DNA of 23,088 bases. It comes from a virus. Taxonomy: Duplodnaviria > Heunggongvirae > Uroviricota > Caudoviricetes. Of the stretch, positions 10,024-19,153 are shown in pieces; positions within the stretch are counted from its first letter, which is position 1, and each line of letters begins with the position of its first letter. The notes under the pieces were generated by a model that saw only the letters and a program-made list of their open reading frames with translations, did not search any database and had not been told where the DNA came from. The DNA lies in the IMG/VR virus record IMGVR_UViG_2563366797_000001; one strand, 5' to 3'. A program made the translations under genes and the position numbers.

Positions 10024-10245
10024 ATGCAATCCATTAACTTCCGTACCGCGCGGGGCAACCTTTCTGAAGTGCTCAACAATGTTGAGGCCGGGGAAGAGGT
10101 TGAAATCACCCGCAGAGGCCGTGAGCCAGCAGTAATTGTCAGCAAGGCTACTTTTGAAGCCTACAAAAAAGCGGCGCTGGATGCTGAATTTGCATCCCTG
10201 TTTGACACCCTGGACTCCACCAACAAGGAACTGGTTAACCGATAA
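10024..10245 (+). CDS. phd: Phd antitoxin
   Basis: 73 aa, [39 protein letters not shown]..., matches recalled P1 Phd; stop overlaps the doc start. Confidence 0.95.
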   Translation: MQSINFRTARGNLSEVLNNVEAGEEVEITRRGREPAVIVSKATFEAYKKAALDAEFASLFDTLDSTNKELVNR

Positions 10246-10625
10246 TGAGGCATATATCACCGGAAGAACTTATTGCGCTTCATGATGCGAATATAAACCG
10301 CTACGGCGGCCTGCCGGGAATGTCTGATCCGGGTAGGGCAGAGGCCATTATCGGGAGAGTTCAGGCCAGAGTTGCCTACGAAGAGATCACCGACCTTTTC
10401 GAAGTCTCCGCCACCTACCTGGTGGCTACGGCGAGAGGGCATATATTCAATGATGCCAATAAGCGTACCGCGCTAAACAGTGCGCTGCTATTTCTACGCC
10501 GTAACGGGGTGCAGGTATTTGATTCACCTGAACTGGCAGACCTTACTGTAGGCGCTGCGACTGGCGAGATATCTGTATCTTCTGTCGCCGACACGTTACG
10601 TAGATTGTATGGTTCTGCGGAGTAG
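10245..10625 (+). CDS. doc: Doc toxin (Fic-fold kinase)
   Basis: 126 aa, [17 protein letters not shown]...[23 protein letters not shown], matches recalled P1 Doc. Confidence 0.95.
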   Translation: MRHISPEELIALHDANINRYGGLPGMSDPGRAEAIIGRVQARVAYEEITDLFEVSATYLVATARGHIFNDANKRTALNSALLFLRRNGVQVFDSPELADLTVGAATGEISVSSVADTLRRLYGSAE

Positions 10626-10629
10626 ATTA

Positions 10630-10809
10630 ATGGCACGTAAATACAACAAATTGTCCCGTGAAGCGTTAAAGATGCTTCTTGATGGCGTGAGTCGCCGCGA
10701 GGTAAAGCAATACCTGGCTGGTAAGCAAATTGGTGCCAGGACCGCTATTGCTGTGTTATGCCGTCAGGAAATGGTTGTGCTTAAACAGAGAATGCCGGGC
10801 AGCATATAA
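10630..10809 (+). CDS. Small post-doc protein (PdcA-position), hypothetical
   Basis: ATG 5 nt after the doc stop with GGAG upstream; 59 aa MARKYNKLSREALKMLLDGVSRREVKQYLAG. Confidence 0.4.
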   Translation: MARKYNKLSREALKMLLDGVSRREVKQYLAGKQIGARTAIAVLCRQEMVVLKQRMPGSI

Positions 10810-10836
10810 AGCCCAATCAGTGATTAAAGGTGTGAT

Positions 10837-11880
10837 GTGAAAGCCGTAATTACTCCCTTTGTACAGAAAGAACTTGGCCTCGCCACGTTCAAAGTGGATC
10901 AGGAGGTCAGAAAGCTGGTGGAGGCTGGCCGTAAATTTATTATGGAGCCGGTGCCGCGTGAGTTAATCGAGCACATGGACGACGGCCTCGTTGCTTCCGA
11001 GCAAACTATAGCAACAAATGAGGCGTTGCAGCCGTTTTTTAACAGCGATGAACTGTTTCGCCGTATTGGTGGAATTGACGCGCTGGTGGCGTGGTTGCGC
11101 AGGAAAGAGGGGCAATGCCAGGCCGCAGATCGTAGCTGGTGTGACAACCATATTGTCCACGCTGAACGAGACAATAGCGCGGTGTTGTTGTGCTGGCATC
11201 ACGATAACCATTACCGGATGCGTGGTTTTAATGAGCTGAAAGAAACGCTGCACAATAATCGCGTTAACTGGATACTGGATGTCGCCCGTCAGGAAATGGG
11301 CCTTTCAGATAGCCATGATTTAAGTATTCAGGAGCTGTGCTGGTGGGCTTTCATGCGTAACATGATGCACCTGATGCCGGAAGAAGTCTGCCGCATATCA
11401 ATAAATAAGATGAAGGCTGCTCCGCAGGATAGCGGACCTCTGAAAGAGGCGGATATTCGCCCGTATGACGATCGCGCTACAGCATATGTTCAGATGATGG
11501 AAGAACGCGCCGCGCCGATGCGTGCAAAAGTATGCCCTGTGGATGTTGACTCCGACCCAGGTATGGCGCATTTCAAAATACCAAAACTTCAATCGCTAAA
11601 ATTGCCCGAGTACATGGACTTTGTGGCTTCCCGTCCATGCTGTGGCTGTGGAGCTGCGGGAGCTGGCGCTCACATTACGCCTTATATCGTTCGTCATAGT
11701 CGATTATGCGCGCATGACATTTACGCAATTCCTCTGTGCCAGTCATGCCAGCGTGATATTGAGCGTGACCGCGATAATTGGGAGAAGACGCACGGTAGGC
11801 TGGCGATGCATCAACGATTGTTCTTTGATTACGCGCTTGGAGTCGGCGCTATCACAAGTTACTCGTCGAGCGTTAGATAA
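10837..11880 (+). CDS. Hypothetical Cys-rich protein (PdcB-position)
   Basis: 347 aa, GTG start with AAGGTG upstream; C-terminal cysteine cluster (CCGCGAAG...CAHD...CQSCQRD) suggests metal binding. Family not recognised. Confidence 0.5.
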   Translation: MKAVITPFVQKELGLATFKVDQEVRKLVEAGRKFIMEPVPRELIEHMDDGLVASEQTIATNEALQPFFNSDELFRRIGGIDALVAWLRRKEGQCQAADRSWCDNHIVHAERDNSAVLLCWHHDNHYRMRGFNELKETLHNNRVNWILDVARQEMGLSDSHDLSIQELCWWAFMRNMMHLMPEEVCRISINKMKAAPQDSGPLKEADIRPYDDRATAYVQMMEERAAPMRAKVCPVDVDSDPGMAHFKIPKLQSLKLPEYMDFVASRPCCGCGAAGAGAHITPYIVRHSRLCAHDIYAIPLCQSCQRDIERDRDNWEKTHGRLAMHQRLFFDYALGVGAITSYSSSVR

Positions 11881-11881
11881 A

Positions 11882-11898
11882 ATTGCTCTAATGTATTG
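11882..11898 (+). promoter_or_regulatory. C1 operator site upstream of the lpa-position gene
   Basis: ATTGCTCTAATGTATTG, directly after the stop of the preceding gene. Confidence 0.6.
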
Positions 11899-11968
11899 CT
11901 ATTTCTTTAATCGATGGTATTATATTCCACGTTGATTAGTTGACATGGGCTAATCAGTAGGTGACAGG

Positions 11969-12283
11969 ATGTTACTTAACTGGCAGGGACGCCACTTCAT
12001 GGAAATAAATCACTCACGAATAACATCGTACGAGATTGCGAATTACATGATCCGCACTAAATCTCTTCTATCAGCGAAAGAACTCGCAGCAATTCTTGAA
12101 AAGGAATACCCGCATCTGGATGTCGATAAGCGCGATGTTTATCTGCGCTTAAAAGCTATCGCTGTGTCTAAGTATTCGTCTGTTTTGATTGATGACAGTA
12201 CGAACGAAAGCGTGAAAATAACTGGTCAGTGCTGGAAGCAGCTGAATTCATCGAGGCGCATGGCGGGAAAGTGCCGCCCCTGA
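11969..12283 (+). CDS. Possible late-promoter-activator (Lpa-position) protein
   Basis: 104-aa ORF downstream of a C1 operator; assignment by position only. Confidence 0.3.
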   Translation: MLLNWQGRHFMEINHSRITSYEIANYMIRTKSLLSAKELAAILEKEYPHLDVDKRDVYLRLKAIAVSKYSSVLIDDSTNESVKITGQCWKQLNSSRRMAGKCRP

Positions 12284-12600
12284 TGCTGGAGCAAATCAAA
12301 GCCGATCTGCGTGCTCCTAAGACCAATACCGATGATGAGGAAAGGCAAACAGCCGTCGGTGGCCCTTCTCTTGAAGATCTGGACAAAGTTGCGCGAGAAC
12401 GGGCCGCCAACCGCCGCGCCGATGCCGCATTGTGGATTGAGCAGCGTAGGGAAGAAATCGCCGATATCGTTGATACAGGCGGTTATGGAGATGTTGATAC
12501 TGAAGGTGTATCAAACGACCCATGGCTGGAACAAGACCTGGACGAAGACGAGGAGGAAGACGAAGAAGTTACCCGCAAGCTATACGGGGATGATGATTAA
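12229..12600 (+). CDS. pacA: PacA-like terminase small-subunit C-terminal remnant
   Basis: 123 aa from GTG, acidic C-terminus ([11 protein letters not shown]); stop overlaps the pacB ATG (TAATG). Frame closed upstream at 12193. Far shorter than the recalled ~45-kDa P1 PacA. Confidence 0.4.
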   Translation: MLEAAEFIEAHGGKVPPLMLEQIKADLRAPKTNTDDEERQTAVGGPSLEDLDKVARERAANRRADAALWIEQRREEIADIVDTGGYGDVDTEGVSNDPWLEQDLDEDEEEDEEVTRKLYGDDD

Positions 12601-12989
12601 TGGCCAGAAGTTGCGTAACGGATCCACGTTGGCGCGAGCTGGTGGCGCTATATCGTTATGACTGGATTGCGGCCGCTGATGTTTTGTTCGGCAAAACACC
12701 TACCTGGCAGCAGGATCTGATTATTGAGTCTGTGCAGGAACAGGGTAGCAAGACATCTGTTTCGTCTGGTCACGGTACCGGGAAATCAGACATGACTTCT
12801 ATCATGATCATGTTGTTCATAATCATGTATCCCGGTGCCCGCGCCATTATCGTTGCGAACAAAATTCAGCAGGTAATGACCGGTATATTCAAGTACATCA
12901 AGATAAACTGGGCTACTGCCACCAGCCGTTTTCCATGGCTTGCTGATTATTTTGTTCTGACAGAAACCGCTTTCTATGAGGTTACTGGT
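12600..12989 (+). pseudogene. pacB: pacB (terminase large subunit), N-terminal part, interrupted by IS2
   Basis: Walker [10 protein letters not shown]; reading frame runs into the IS2 end at 12990 and resumes in frame at 14326. Confidence 0.8.
12985..12989. repeat. IS2 target-site duplication, left copy (CTGGT)
   Basis: CTGGT immediately outside the IS2 terminus; identical copy at 14321-14325. Confidence 0.85.
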
Positions 12990-13000
12990 TGGATTTGCCC

Positions 13001-13906
13001 CTATATTTCCAGACACCTGTTATCACTTAACCCATTACTGGCTTGCTGCCGTAGATATTCCCGTGGCGAGCGATAACCCAGTGCACTATGCGGATGCCAT
13101 TCGTTATAATGCTCGAACGCCTCTGCAAGGTTCTTTGCTGCCGTTAACCCGTCTGGTTTGGGCATGACACTGATGTAGTCACGCTTTATCGTTTTCACGA
13201 AGCTCTCTGCTATGCCGTTACTCTCCGGACTCCGCACCGCCGTGCTCTTCGGTTCAAGCCCCAACATCCGGGCAAACTGCCGTGTTTCATTAGCCCGGTA
13301 GCATGAACCATTATCCGTCAGCCACTCTACTGGAGACGCCGGAAGCTCGTTGCCGAAGCGGCGTTCCACCGCTCCCAGCATGACGTCCTGTACTGTTTCA
13401 CTGTTGAAGCCGCCCGTAGTGACCGCCCAGTGCAGTGCCTCACGGTCACAGCAGTCCAGCGCGAACGTGACTCGCAGTTTTTCTCCGTTATCACAGCGGA
13501 ACTCGAACCCGTCAGAGCACCATCGCTGATTACTTTCTTTCACAGCCACTCTGCCTGTATGTGCCCGTTTCGATGGCGGTACAGCAGGTTTTCGCTCAAG
13601 CAACAGCGCATTCTGGCGCATGATCCGGTAAACACGTTTGGCATTGATCGCAGGCATACCATCAAGTTCTGCCTGTCTGCGAAGCAGCGCCCATACCCGA
13701 CGATAACCATACGTGGGCAGCTCTCCGATAACATGGTGTATACGGAGAAGCACATCCGTATCATCAGTGTGACGACTGCGGCGGCCATCCATCCAGTCAT
13801 CGGTTCGTCTGAGAATGACGTGCAACTGCGCACGCGACACCCGGAGACAACGGCTGACTAAGCTTACTCCCCATCCCCGGGCAATAAGGGCGCGTGCGCT
13901 ATCCAC
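13001..13906 (-). CDS. insD: IS2 transposase OrfB (InsD)
   Basis: 301 aa, DDE integrase-type sequence (...WCSDGFEF...LTDNGSCY...). Confidence 0.9.
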
Positions 13907-14229
13907 TTTTTTGCCCGTCCATATTCAACGGCTTCTTTGAGGAGTTCATTTTCCATCGTTTTCTTGCCGAGCAGGCGCTGGAGTTCTTTAATCTGCTTCA
14001 TGGCGGCAGCAAGTTCAGAGGCAGGAACAACCTGTTCTCCGGCGGCGACAGCAGTAAGACTTCCTTCCTGGTATTGCTTACGCCAGAGAAATAACTGGCT
14101 GGCTGCTACACCATGTTGCCGGGCAACGAGGGAGACCGTCATCCCCGGTTCAAAACTCTGCTGAACAATTGCGATCTTTTCCTGTGTGGTACGCCGTCTG
14201 CGTTTCTCCGGTCCTAAGACATCAATCAT
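13864..14229 (-). CDS. insC: IS2 OrfA (InsC)
   Basis: [41 protein letters not shown]...; helix-turn-helix N-terminus; start taken at MIDVL (121 aa). Confidence 0.9.
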
Positions 14230-14320
14230 CTGCTCTCCAATGACTAGTCTAAAAACTAGTATTAAGACTATCACTTAAATAAGTGATACTGGTTGTCTGG
14301 AGATTCAGGGGGCCAGTCTA

Positions 14321-14325
14321 CTGGT
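14321..14325. repeat. IS2 target-site duplication, right copy (CTGGT)
   Basis: Identical to 12985-12989. Confidence 0.85.
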
Positions 14326-15420
14326 AAAGGTGTATGGACTGTAGTACCGAAGGGCTTTCGTCTGGGAAGTGAAGAAGTTCTCGCCGGTGAACACGCAGAT
14401 CATCTTCTGTATATTATCGATGAAGCCTCCGGTGTCAGTGATAGAGCTTTCGGTATCATCACCGGTGCTCTTACCGGACAGGATAACCGCATCTTATTAC
14501 TGTCACAGCCTACACGCCCAAGCGGCTATTTCTACGATACTCACCATAAACTGGCCAAGCGTCCTGGTAACCCAGATGGCGTTTATACGGCGATCACGCT
14601 TAACAGTGAGGAATCACCGCTGGTAACGTCAGAATTTATCAAAATGAAGCTGGCGGAGTACGGCGGGCGTGATAACCCTATGTACATGATTAAGGTACGC
14701 GGCCTATTCCCTAAATTACAGGACGGCTTCCTTCTTGGACGTGATGAGGTTGAACGTGCGACGCGGCGGAAAGTCAAGATTGCCAAAGGATGGGGCTGGC
14801 TTGCATGTGTGGACGTTGCTGGTGGTACAGGACGGGATAAGTCCTTTATCAATATCATGATGGTGTCCGGCCAGCGAAATAAACGCCGTGTAATCAACTA
14901 TCGAATGCTGGAATACACAGACGTTACAGAAACGCAGCTTGCCGCCAAAATTTTCGCAGAATGTAATCCTGAGCGATTCCCCAATATCACCATAGCGATA
15001 GACGGCGATGGCCTGGGTAAAGCAACGGCGGATCTGATGTACGAGTATTATGGTATTACCGTACAGCGTATACGCTGGGGTAAAAAGATGCATAGCCGTG
15101 AAGATAAGAGCCTGTACTTTGATAAACGTGCTTATGCCAACGTTCAAGCCGCAGAGGCCGTAAAATCTGGTCGTATGAGACTGGATAAGGGTAATGAAAC
15201 TATTGAGGAAGCGTCGAAAATCCCTGTAGGGATTAACTCCGCAGGTCAATGGAAGGTGATGAGTAAGGAGGATATGAAGAAAAAACTCAACCTGCACTCA
15301 CCAGACCATTGGGATACATATTGTTTCGCTATGCTGGCGGATTATGTTCCCCAGGACGAAGTGCTTAGCGTCGAAGACGAAGCGCAGGTTGATGAAGCTC
15401 TGGCATGGCTTAATGAATAA
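14326..15420 (+). pseudogene. pacB: pacB (terminase large subunit), C-terminal part
   Basis: 365 codons in frame with the N-terminal fragment once IS2 and one duplication copy are removed; reconstructed length about 495 aa. Confidence 0.8.
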
Positions 15421-15423
15421 ACA

Positions 15424-15440
15424 CTTGCTCTAATAAATTG
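15424..15440 (+). promoter_or_regulatory. C1 operator-like site heading the antirepressor module
   Basis: CTTGCTCTAATAAATTG, followed by TTGACT and a possible -10. Confidence 0.55.
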
Positions 15441-15572
15441 TGTTTTTTGACTGCCGATGTTACATTGAACCTGACCTCTTGCGCCTTGAGGCATTTTCGG
15501 TTTATGCTTATCAGGCACCTCATTAAAACGGGTGCCGGGATTGAGACCCCGGATAATGTCAAAGGCGACACA

Positions 15573-15594
15573 GACGCCGAAAGCGTCTTTTTTT
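15573..15594 (+). terminator. Intrinsic terminator-like hairpin inside the antirepressor leader
   Basis: GACGC-CGAAA-GCGTC followed by T7; flanked by complementary GACACA/TGTGTC. Confidence 0.5.
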
Positions 15595-15779
15595 GTGTCA
15601 TGCCATCGCACAGCCATACGTAGCGTTTAGCTCCGAAATCAATGGTAGTGCTGGCTGGGCTGCCGAAAGGCAGGCCGGTTCCCTTTGACGCCGGTAGTCT
15701 CAACCCAGTCAGTGCTACCGCCATTGAGATTGAGACCTCACGCGGTAGCTCCTTAACTTAGTCAAAGGAGGCTGCCATT

Positions 15780-16001
15780 ATGGCTACTGTCCCTACCCCA
15801 ATTCATCCTGAATTTATCTGGCGCTTTTACTCCTGCCAAAAACGTCACTATCACTTCGTTATTGCACCGACAGAAGATGAGGCCCATTCTCAGCTTCCTG
15901 ACGCCCCATGTATTTTCTCTGCCCGTTTTTCCACTGATTCACGCAATTCTCTCAGTTACTGGTGCCTCCCTGTTAACGCTTCTGCTCAGGAGGGACTATG
16001 A
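15780..16001 (+). CDS. Small protein translationally coupled to the antirepressor gene (Icd-like position)
   Basis: 73 aa; strong AAGGAGG Shine-Dalgarno; stop overlaps the downstream ATG (ATGA). Confidence 0.4.
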   Translation: MATVPTPIHPEFIWRFYSCQKRHYHFVIAPTEDEAHSQLPDAPCIFSARFSTDSRNSLSYWCLPVNASAQEGL

Positions 16002-17116
16002 GAACGTCATTAGTTACCCGTGAAGAGATGATCGAGGCAATTGAACAGCACACTGCCTGTATCAGTACTAGGGATATACCGGGCGTTATTGCCAACTACT
16101 TCATGATCACCAAACAACTTTACCGGAGAAAGGACAAGAACGCAGTTCACCGCATCCTGCTGTCTGATATCCGCGAATACCTGCTCGAACAGGGGCATCT
16201 GAATTACGCAACCGCCGCAGCCGAATCACGCAAGGAGGCACACAGAATGAAAGCAACTAACGTTAAATCAGAAAAAATTCATGCACCTTCAGTTCAGGAA
16301 TCGGAGCTGGTGGTTGTTCAGAATCAGTCTGATGAAATTCCCGTTCTGGAATGGCAGGGAGTGCGTGTAGTGACAACCGAGACTCTTGCTAGAGGGTATG
16401 GGACAGAAACAATCCGTATTCGCCAAAATCATCATGAGAACAAAGTACGCTTTGTTGAAGGGAAGCACTTTTTCAAAGTTGAAGGAGAATCATTGCGCGA
16501 GTTGAAGCACAGAGTAGCTTTAAACTACTCTGTAAAAATTGCTCGCAATGTTCGCTCACTCACCCTCTGGACAGAACGCGGCGCAGCCCGCCACGCTAAA
16601 ATGCTCGAAACCGATCAGGCATGGGCATTCTTTGAAAAACTGGAAGACAGCTACTTCCGACAAAAAGAACAGCAACCGATCGCAATCCCCCAGACGCTTC
16701 CTGAAGCCCTACGCCTGGCTGCCGAACTGGCTGAACAAAAGCAACTTCTGGAACAGAAAGCCCACCAGCTAAATCAGCAGCTGGTGGCCGCCGCTCCTAA
16801 AGTCGATTTTGCCGACCGGGTATCAGTAGCTAAAGGGATCCTGATTGGGAATTTTGCAAAGGTTGTTGGACTTAAGCAAAACGCGCTGTTTGTCTGGTTA
16901 CGGGAGAACGGCATCCTGATAGCGTCCGGTGGACGTAAAAATGTGCCGTTCCAGCAGTACATCAACGCGGGGTATTTCACGGTGAAAGAAGTGGTGCTGG
17001 ATGATGAAGATGGCTACCAGATACGGTTGACGCCTCAATTAACGGGTAAAGGCCAGCAGTGGTTGACGCGTAAACTGCTCGATGCTGGCTTGTTAAAACC
17101 GGTGGCGGCTGAATAA
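15998..17116 (+). CDS. Antirepressor-like protein (N-terminal ORF6N domain, C-terminal KilAC/Ant domain)
   Basis: 372 aa; N-terminal ...WQGVRVVTTETLARGYGTETIRIRQNHHENKVRFVEGKHFF... (ORF6N pattern), C-terminal ...FVWLRENGILI...YINAGYF... (Ant C-terminal pattern); convergent with c1. Confidence 0.7.
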   Translation: MRTSLVTREEMIEAIEQHTACISTRDIPGVIANYFMITKQLYRRKDKNAVHRILLSDIREYLLEQGHLNYATAAAESRKEAHRMKATNVKSEKIHAPSVQESELVVVQNQSDEIPVLEWQGVRVVTTETLARGYGTETIRIRQNHHENKVRFVEGKHFFKVEGESLRELKHRVALNYSVKIARNVRSLTLWTERGAARHAKMLETDQAWAFFEKLEDSYFRQKEQQPIAIPQTLPEALRLAAELAEQKQLLEQKAHQLNQQLVAAAPKVDFADRVSVAKGILIGNFAKVVGLKQNALFVWLRENGILIASGGRKNVPFQQYINAGYFTVKEVVLDDEDGYQIRLTPQLTGKGQQWLTRKLLDAGLLKPVAAE

Positions 17117-17123
17117 TGGAAGA

Positions 17124-17145
17124 ATGCCCGGTTGATGCCGGGCAT
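17124..17145. terminator. Hairpin between the convergent antirepressor and c1 genes
   Basis: ATGCCCGG-TTGATG-CCGGGCAT; no strong T-tract on either side. Confidence 0.35.
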
Positions 17146-17148
17146 AAT

Positions 17149-18000
17149 TTATTGCGCGCTTTCGGGGTTGTCGTTTACTGGCTGCCCCTTCTTGGTTTTA
17201 CGGCTGCGCGTAACTGATGCGGCTGACTTAACCTTTTTCTCTTCGCGAGTGATGGCAATTTGTTTTTTTACATTTTCAATATCTGCCAGGCGATATATTT
17301 TTGCTTGCGGCCAGCGGTCGCAGATGATCGGTTCTATGGAGTCATAAAGGCTAAATTTTGCTTTTTCGAATTCACCGTTGATGATAATTCCATCACGGAG
17401 AGTTTCATCGCAGATAAACACGCCACACAGTGGCACATGGTAACTAACTGATTTACCATCATTGTAGTTAGGGCTACTGGAAATGTAGTGGACGCGCAGC
17501 ATTGTTTCGCTAAAGCCGTGTACGCGCATACGGAATTTTTCATCCTCCGGGTACTGCTTCATTAGCTCTTTTGTTGCTTCCAGGTTCTCTATGTATTTCG
17601 CACTGTGCTCATTGATCCCCGCGCTTTTTTGGATGCGAATGTCCTTATCAATCAGATGAATAATGCGGCCAGCGGTCATGTTGACGCTGTTCACAGCTTC
17701 TGTCTGATAAGTTGTAACCTTACGCACACCGCGAAGGATGTTAGGCACTGGATATAAAATAGTCTTTGGGATATTGAGGTCTGGGTACTGTTCCAGTTCC
17801 CGCGCCATTAAAGTCCATTTATCAATTTCAGCCTGAATGCTGTCAGTTTCTTTGAACGGTAGAACGACAACCGGGCGTACAGGACGACCGTCGCTGGCTG
17901 TATCAACGTGTTGGGCGCGTGCAACAGCTTTTTTTAGAAAGAGATCCCTGAAGCTGACGAACTCCTGGTACAGTTGTTCGCCGTAGACATAATTTATCAT
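17149..18000 (-). CDS. c1: C1 repressor of lysis (primary immunity repressor)
   Basis: 283 aa, MINYVYGEQLYQEFVSFRDLFLKKAVARAQHV..., matches recalled P1 C1; GGAGGAGG Shine-Dalgarno. Confidence 0.95.
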   Translation of the reverse strand: MINYVYGEQLYQEFVSFRDLFLKKAVARAQHVDTASDGRPVRPVVVLPFKETDSIQAEIDKWTLMARELEQYPDLNIPKTILYPVPNILRGVRKVTTYQTEAVNSVNMTAGRIIHLIDKDIRIQKSAGINEHSAKYIENLEATKELMKQYPEDEKFRMRVHGFSETMLRVHYISSSPNYNDGKSVSYHVPLCGVFICDETLRDGIIINGEFEKAKFSLYDSIEPIICDRWPQAKIYRLADIENVKKQIAITREEKKVKSAASVTRSRKTKKGQPVNDNPESAQ

Positions 18001-18094
18001 TGATCCTCCTCCAGAATTGACATGGTCAATAACGCCCGGCTGAGAAAACCGGTCATTACTGACCTATATTATAGAGGGATCAAACAAAAATAAT

Positions 18095-18111
18095 AGATTT
18101 ATTAGTGCATT
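18095..18111 (-). promoter_or_regulatory. C1 autoregulatory operator (Op99a-type)
   Basis: Minus-strand AATGCACTAATAAATCT between coi and c1. Confidence 0.6.
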
Positions 18112-18320
18112 TATTGTGAGTCTAACTGGTTAGTTGCCATGAGATATTCGATTGTGTCAGTGAGGTCATCCAGGTCGTCTTGGGTGATGCGGTACTCCTG
18201 ATTGGATATCTTTGAGTAGTGTTCAGCAATGGCGCGGGCAGCGTCGGTTTCGGCAGGGTCTACAGATAAAGCGTTAGAGCAATGTCTAACGTCGTCGATG
18301 GTTGGTTGAATGAAAGCCAT
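18111..18320 (-). CDS. coi: Coi, C1 inactivator
   Basis: 69-aa acidic protein immediately upstream of c1 on the same strand, as in P1 immC. Confidence 0.85.
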   Translation of the reverse strand: MAFIQPTIDDVRHCSNALSVDPAETDAARAIAEHYSKISNQEYRITQDDLDDLTDTIEYLMATNQLDSQ

Positions 18321-18558
18321 AATTATGTCTCACTGTATTGACAACACAGAGCCTGAAGCTCTGACCTACTGTTTCACCCATGATCCATGCTGGGGTAATC
18401 TAACAACATTGCGCTGTGTGTAAGATGAGCAATGCATAGCTGTAATGCCGTTGTATAAGGTTTCCCTGTTTGCTCATTTCCTTCTGAGCCGCTCTACAAC
18501 GCTGAAGACACATTAAATAGTGAATCCAAAGTCGTATTACGAAACGGCGGCAAAACTA

Positions 18559-18575
18559 TAATTTATTAGAGCAAT
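18559..18575 (-). promoter_or_regulatory. C1 operator site (immC upstream region)
   Basis: Minus-strand ATTGCTCTAATAAATTA. Confidence 0.6.
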
Positions 18576-18641
18576 TGTCAAACAACTATGAAAAACAATC
18601 CAGTTTTTAGCTGGTGGAGTGGGATTTTTCTCTCAAAATTT

Positions 18642-18658
18642 ATTGCTCTAATAATTCT
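18642..18658 (+). promoter_or_regulatory. C1 operator site with adjacent TTGATT promoter element
   Basis: ATTGCTCTAATAATTCT followed by TGATTTTTGTG. Confidence 0.6.
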
Positions 18659-18701
18659 TGATTTTTGTGCGCAGCTGGACGTAAACTCCTCTTCTGACCT
18701 G

Positions 18702-18735
18702 ATAACTTCGTATAGCATACATTATACGAAGTTAT
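18702..18735. other. loxP: loxP site-specific recombination site
   Basis: Exact ATAACTTCGTATA-GCATACAT-TATACGAAGTTAT (13-bp inverted repeats around an 8-bp spacer). Confidence 0.98.
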
Positions 18736-18754
18736 CTTAAGGGTTATTGAACAT

Positions 18755-18827
18755 GATCAATTCACCTGTAAATCCATACAGTTCAATACCTTATCAGGTC
18801 AAATAGTGATCACTTGATCATTTGATC
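18755..18827. promoter_or_regulatory. Cluster of four GATC (Dam) sites upstream of cre
   Basis: GATC at 18755, 18808, 18816 and 18824, three of them as TGATCA-type repeats within 20 bp. Confidence 0.55.
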
Positions 18828-19153
18828 AAGGTTGCGCTACGTAAAATCTGCGAAATGTTGGCAGTGTTAGTACTCCAGATTTCGCGTAGCGCACTTAGCA
18901 CCACCAATCAATCAGAGGTGAAAAATGGGATATTCAGCTGCTAAAGTGTCCACTCATCTTGAGCTTGAGAAAAACCGTGGTTACTGGCGGGCAAAAGGGT
19001 TTGATCGTGATAGTTGCCAACTGTCATTATCGCGCGGTGAAGAGAAAATAGAACGCACGCGCGGTCGCTGGCGTTTCTATGACGAGAACCATAAACAGGT
19101 AAAGGCAGAGCCGATCCTGTACACTTTACTTAAAACCATTATCTGAGTGTTAA

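Larger units (their letters stand above)
12990..14320 (-). mobile_element. IS2 insertion sequence (complete, 1331 bp)
   Basis: Termini TGGATTTGCCCCTATATTTCCAGACA and GGTTGTCTGGAGATTCAGGGGGCCAGTCTA match recalled IS2 ends; carries insC and insD; flanked by 5-bp direct repeats. Confidence 0.95.

Noticed and set aside
9937-10260. Minus-strand ORFs (107 and 65 aa) overlapping the phd promoter and phd
   Set aside because: Overlap the strongly supported phd gene and its operator; no independent support.
10837-12600. Search for a P1-type pac site (cluster of TGATCA hexamers) in the lpa-pacA region
   Set aside because: Only isolated GATC sites were seen by eye; no hexamer cluster. Reported as absence, not as a feature; needs computational confirmation.
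14369-15297. ORFs of 85-193 aa inside or antisense to the pacB C-terminal fragment (14369..14626, 14583..14897, 14716..15297)
   Set aside because: Embedded in the terminase reading frame, which is continuous with the N-terminal fragment after in silico IS2 excision.
18925-19146. 73-aa ORF between loxP and cre
   Set aside because: Lies in the cre promoter/leader interval and I do not recall an annotated P1 gene here; it has a plausible Shine-Dalgarno sequence, so it is noted in findings, but not supported well enough to list as a feature.
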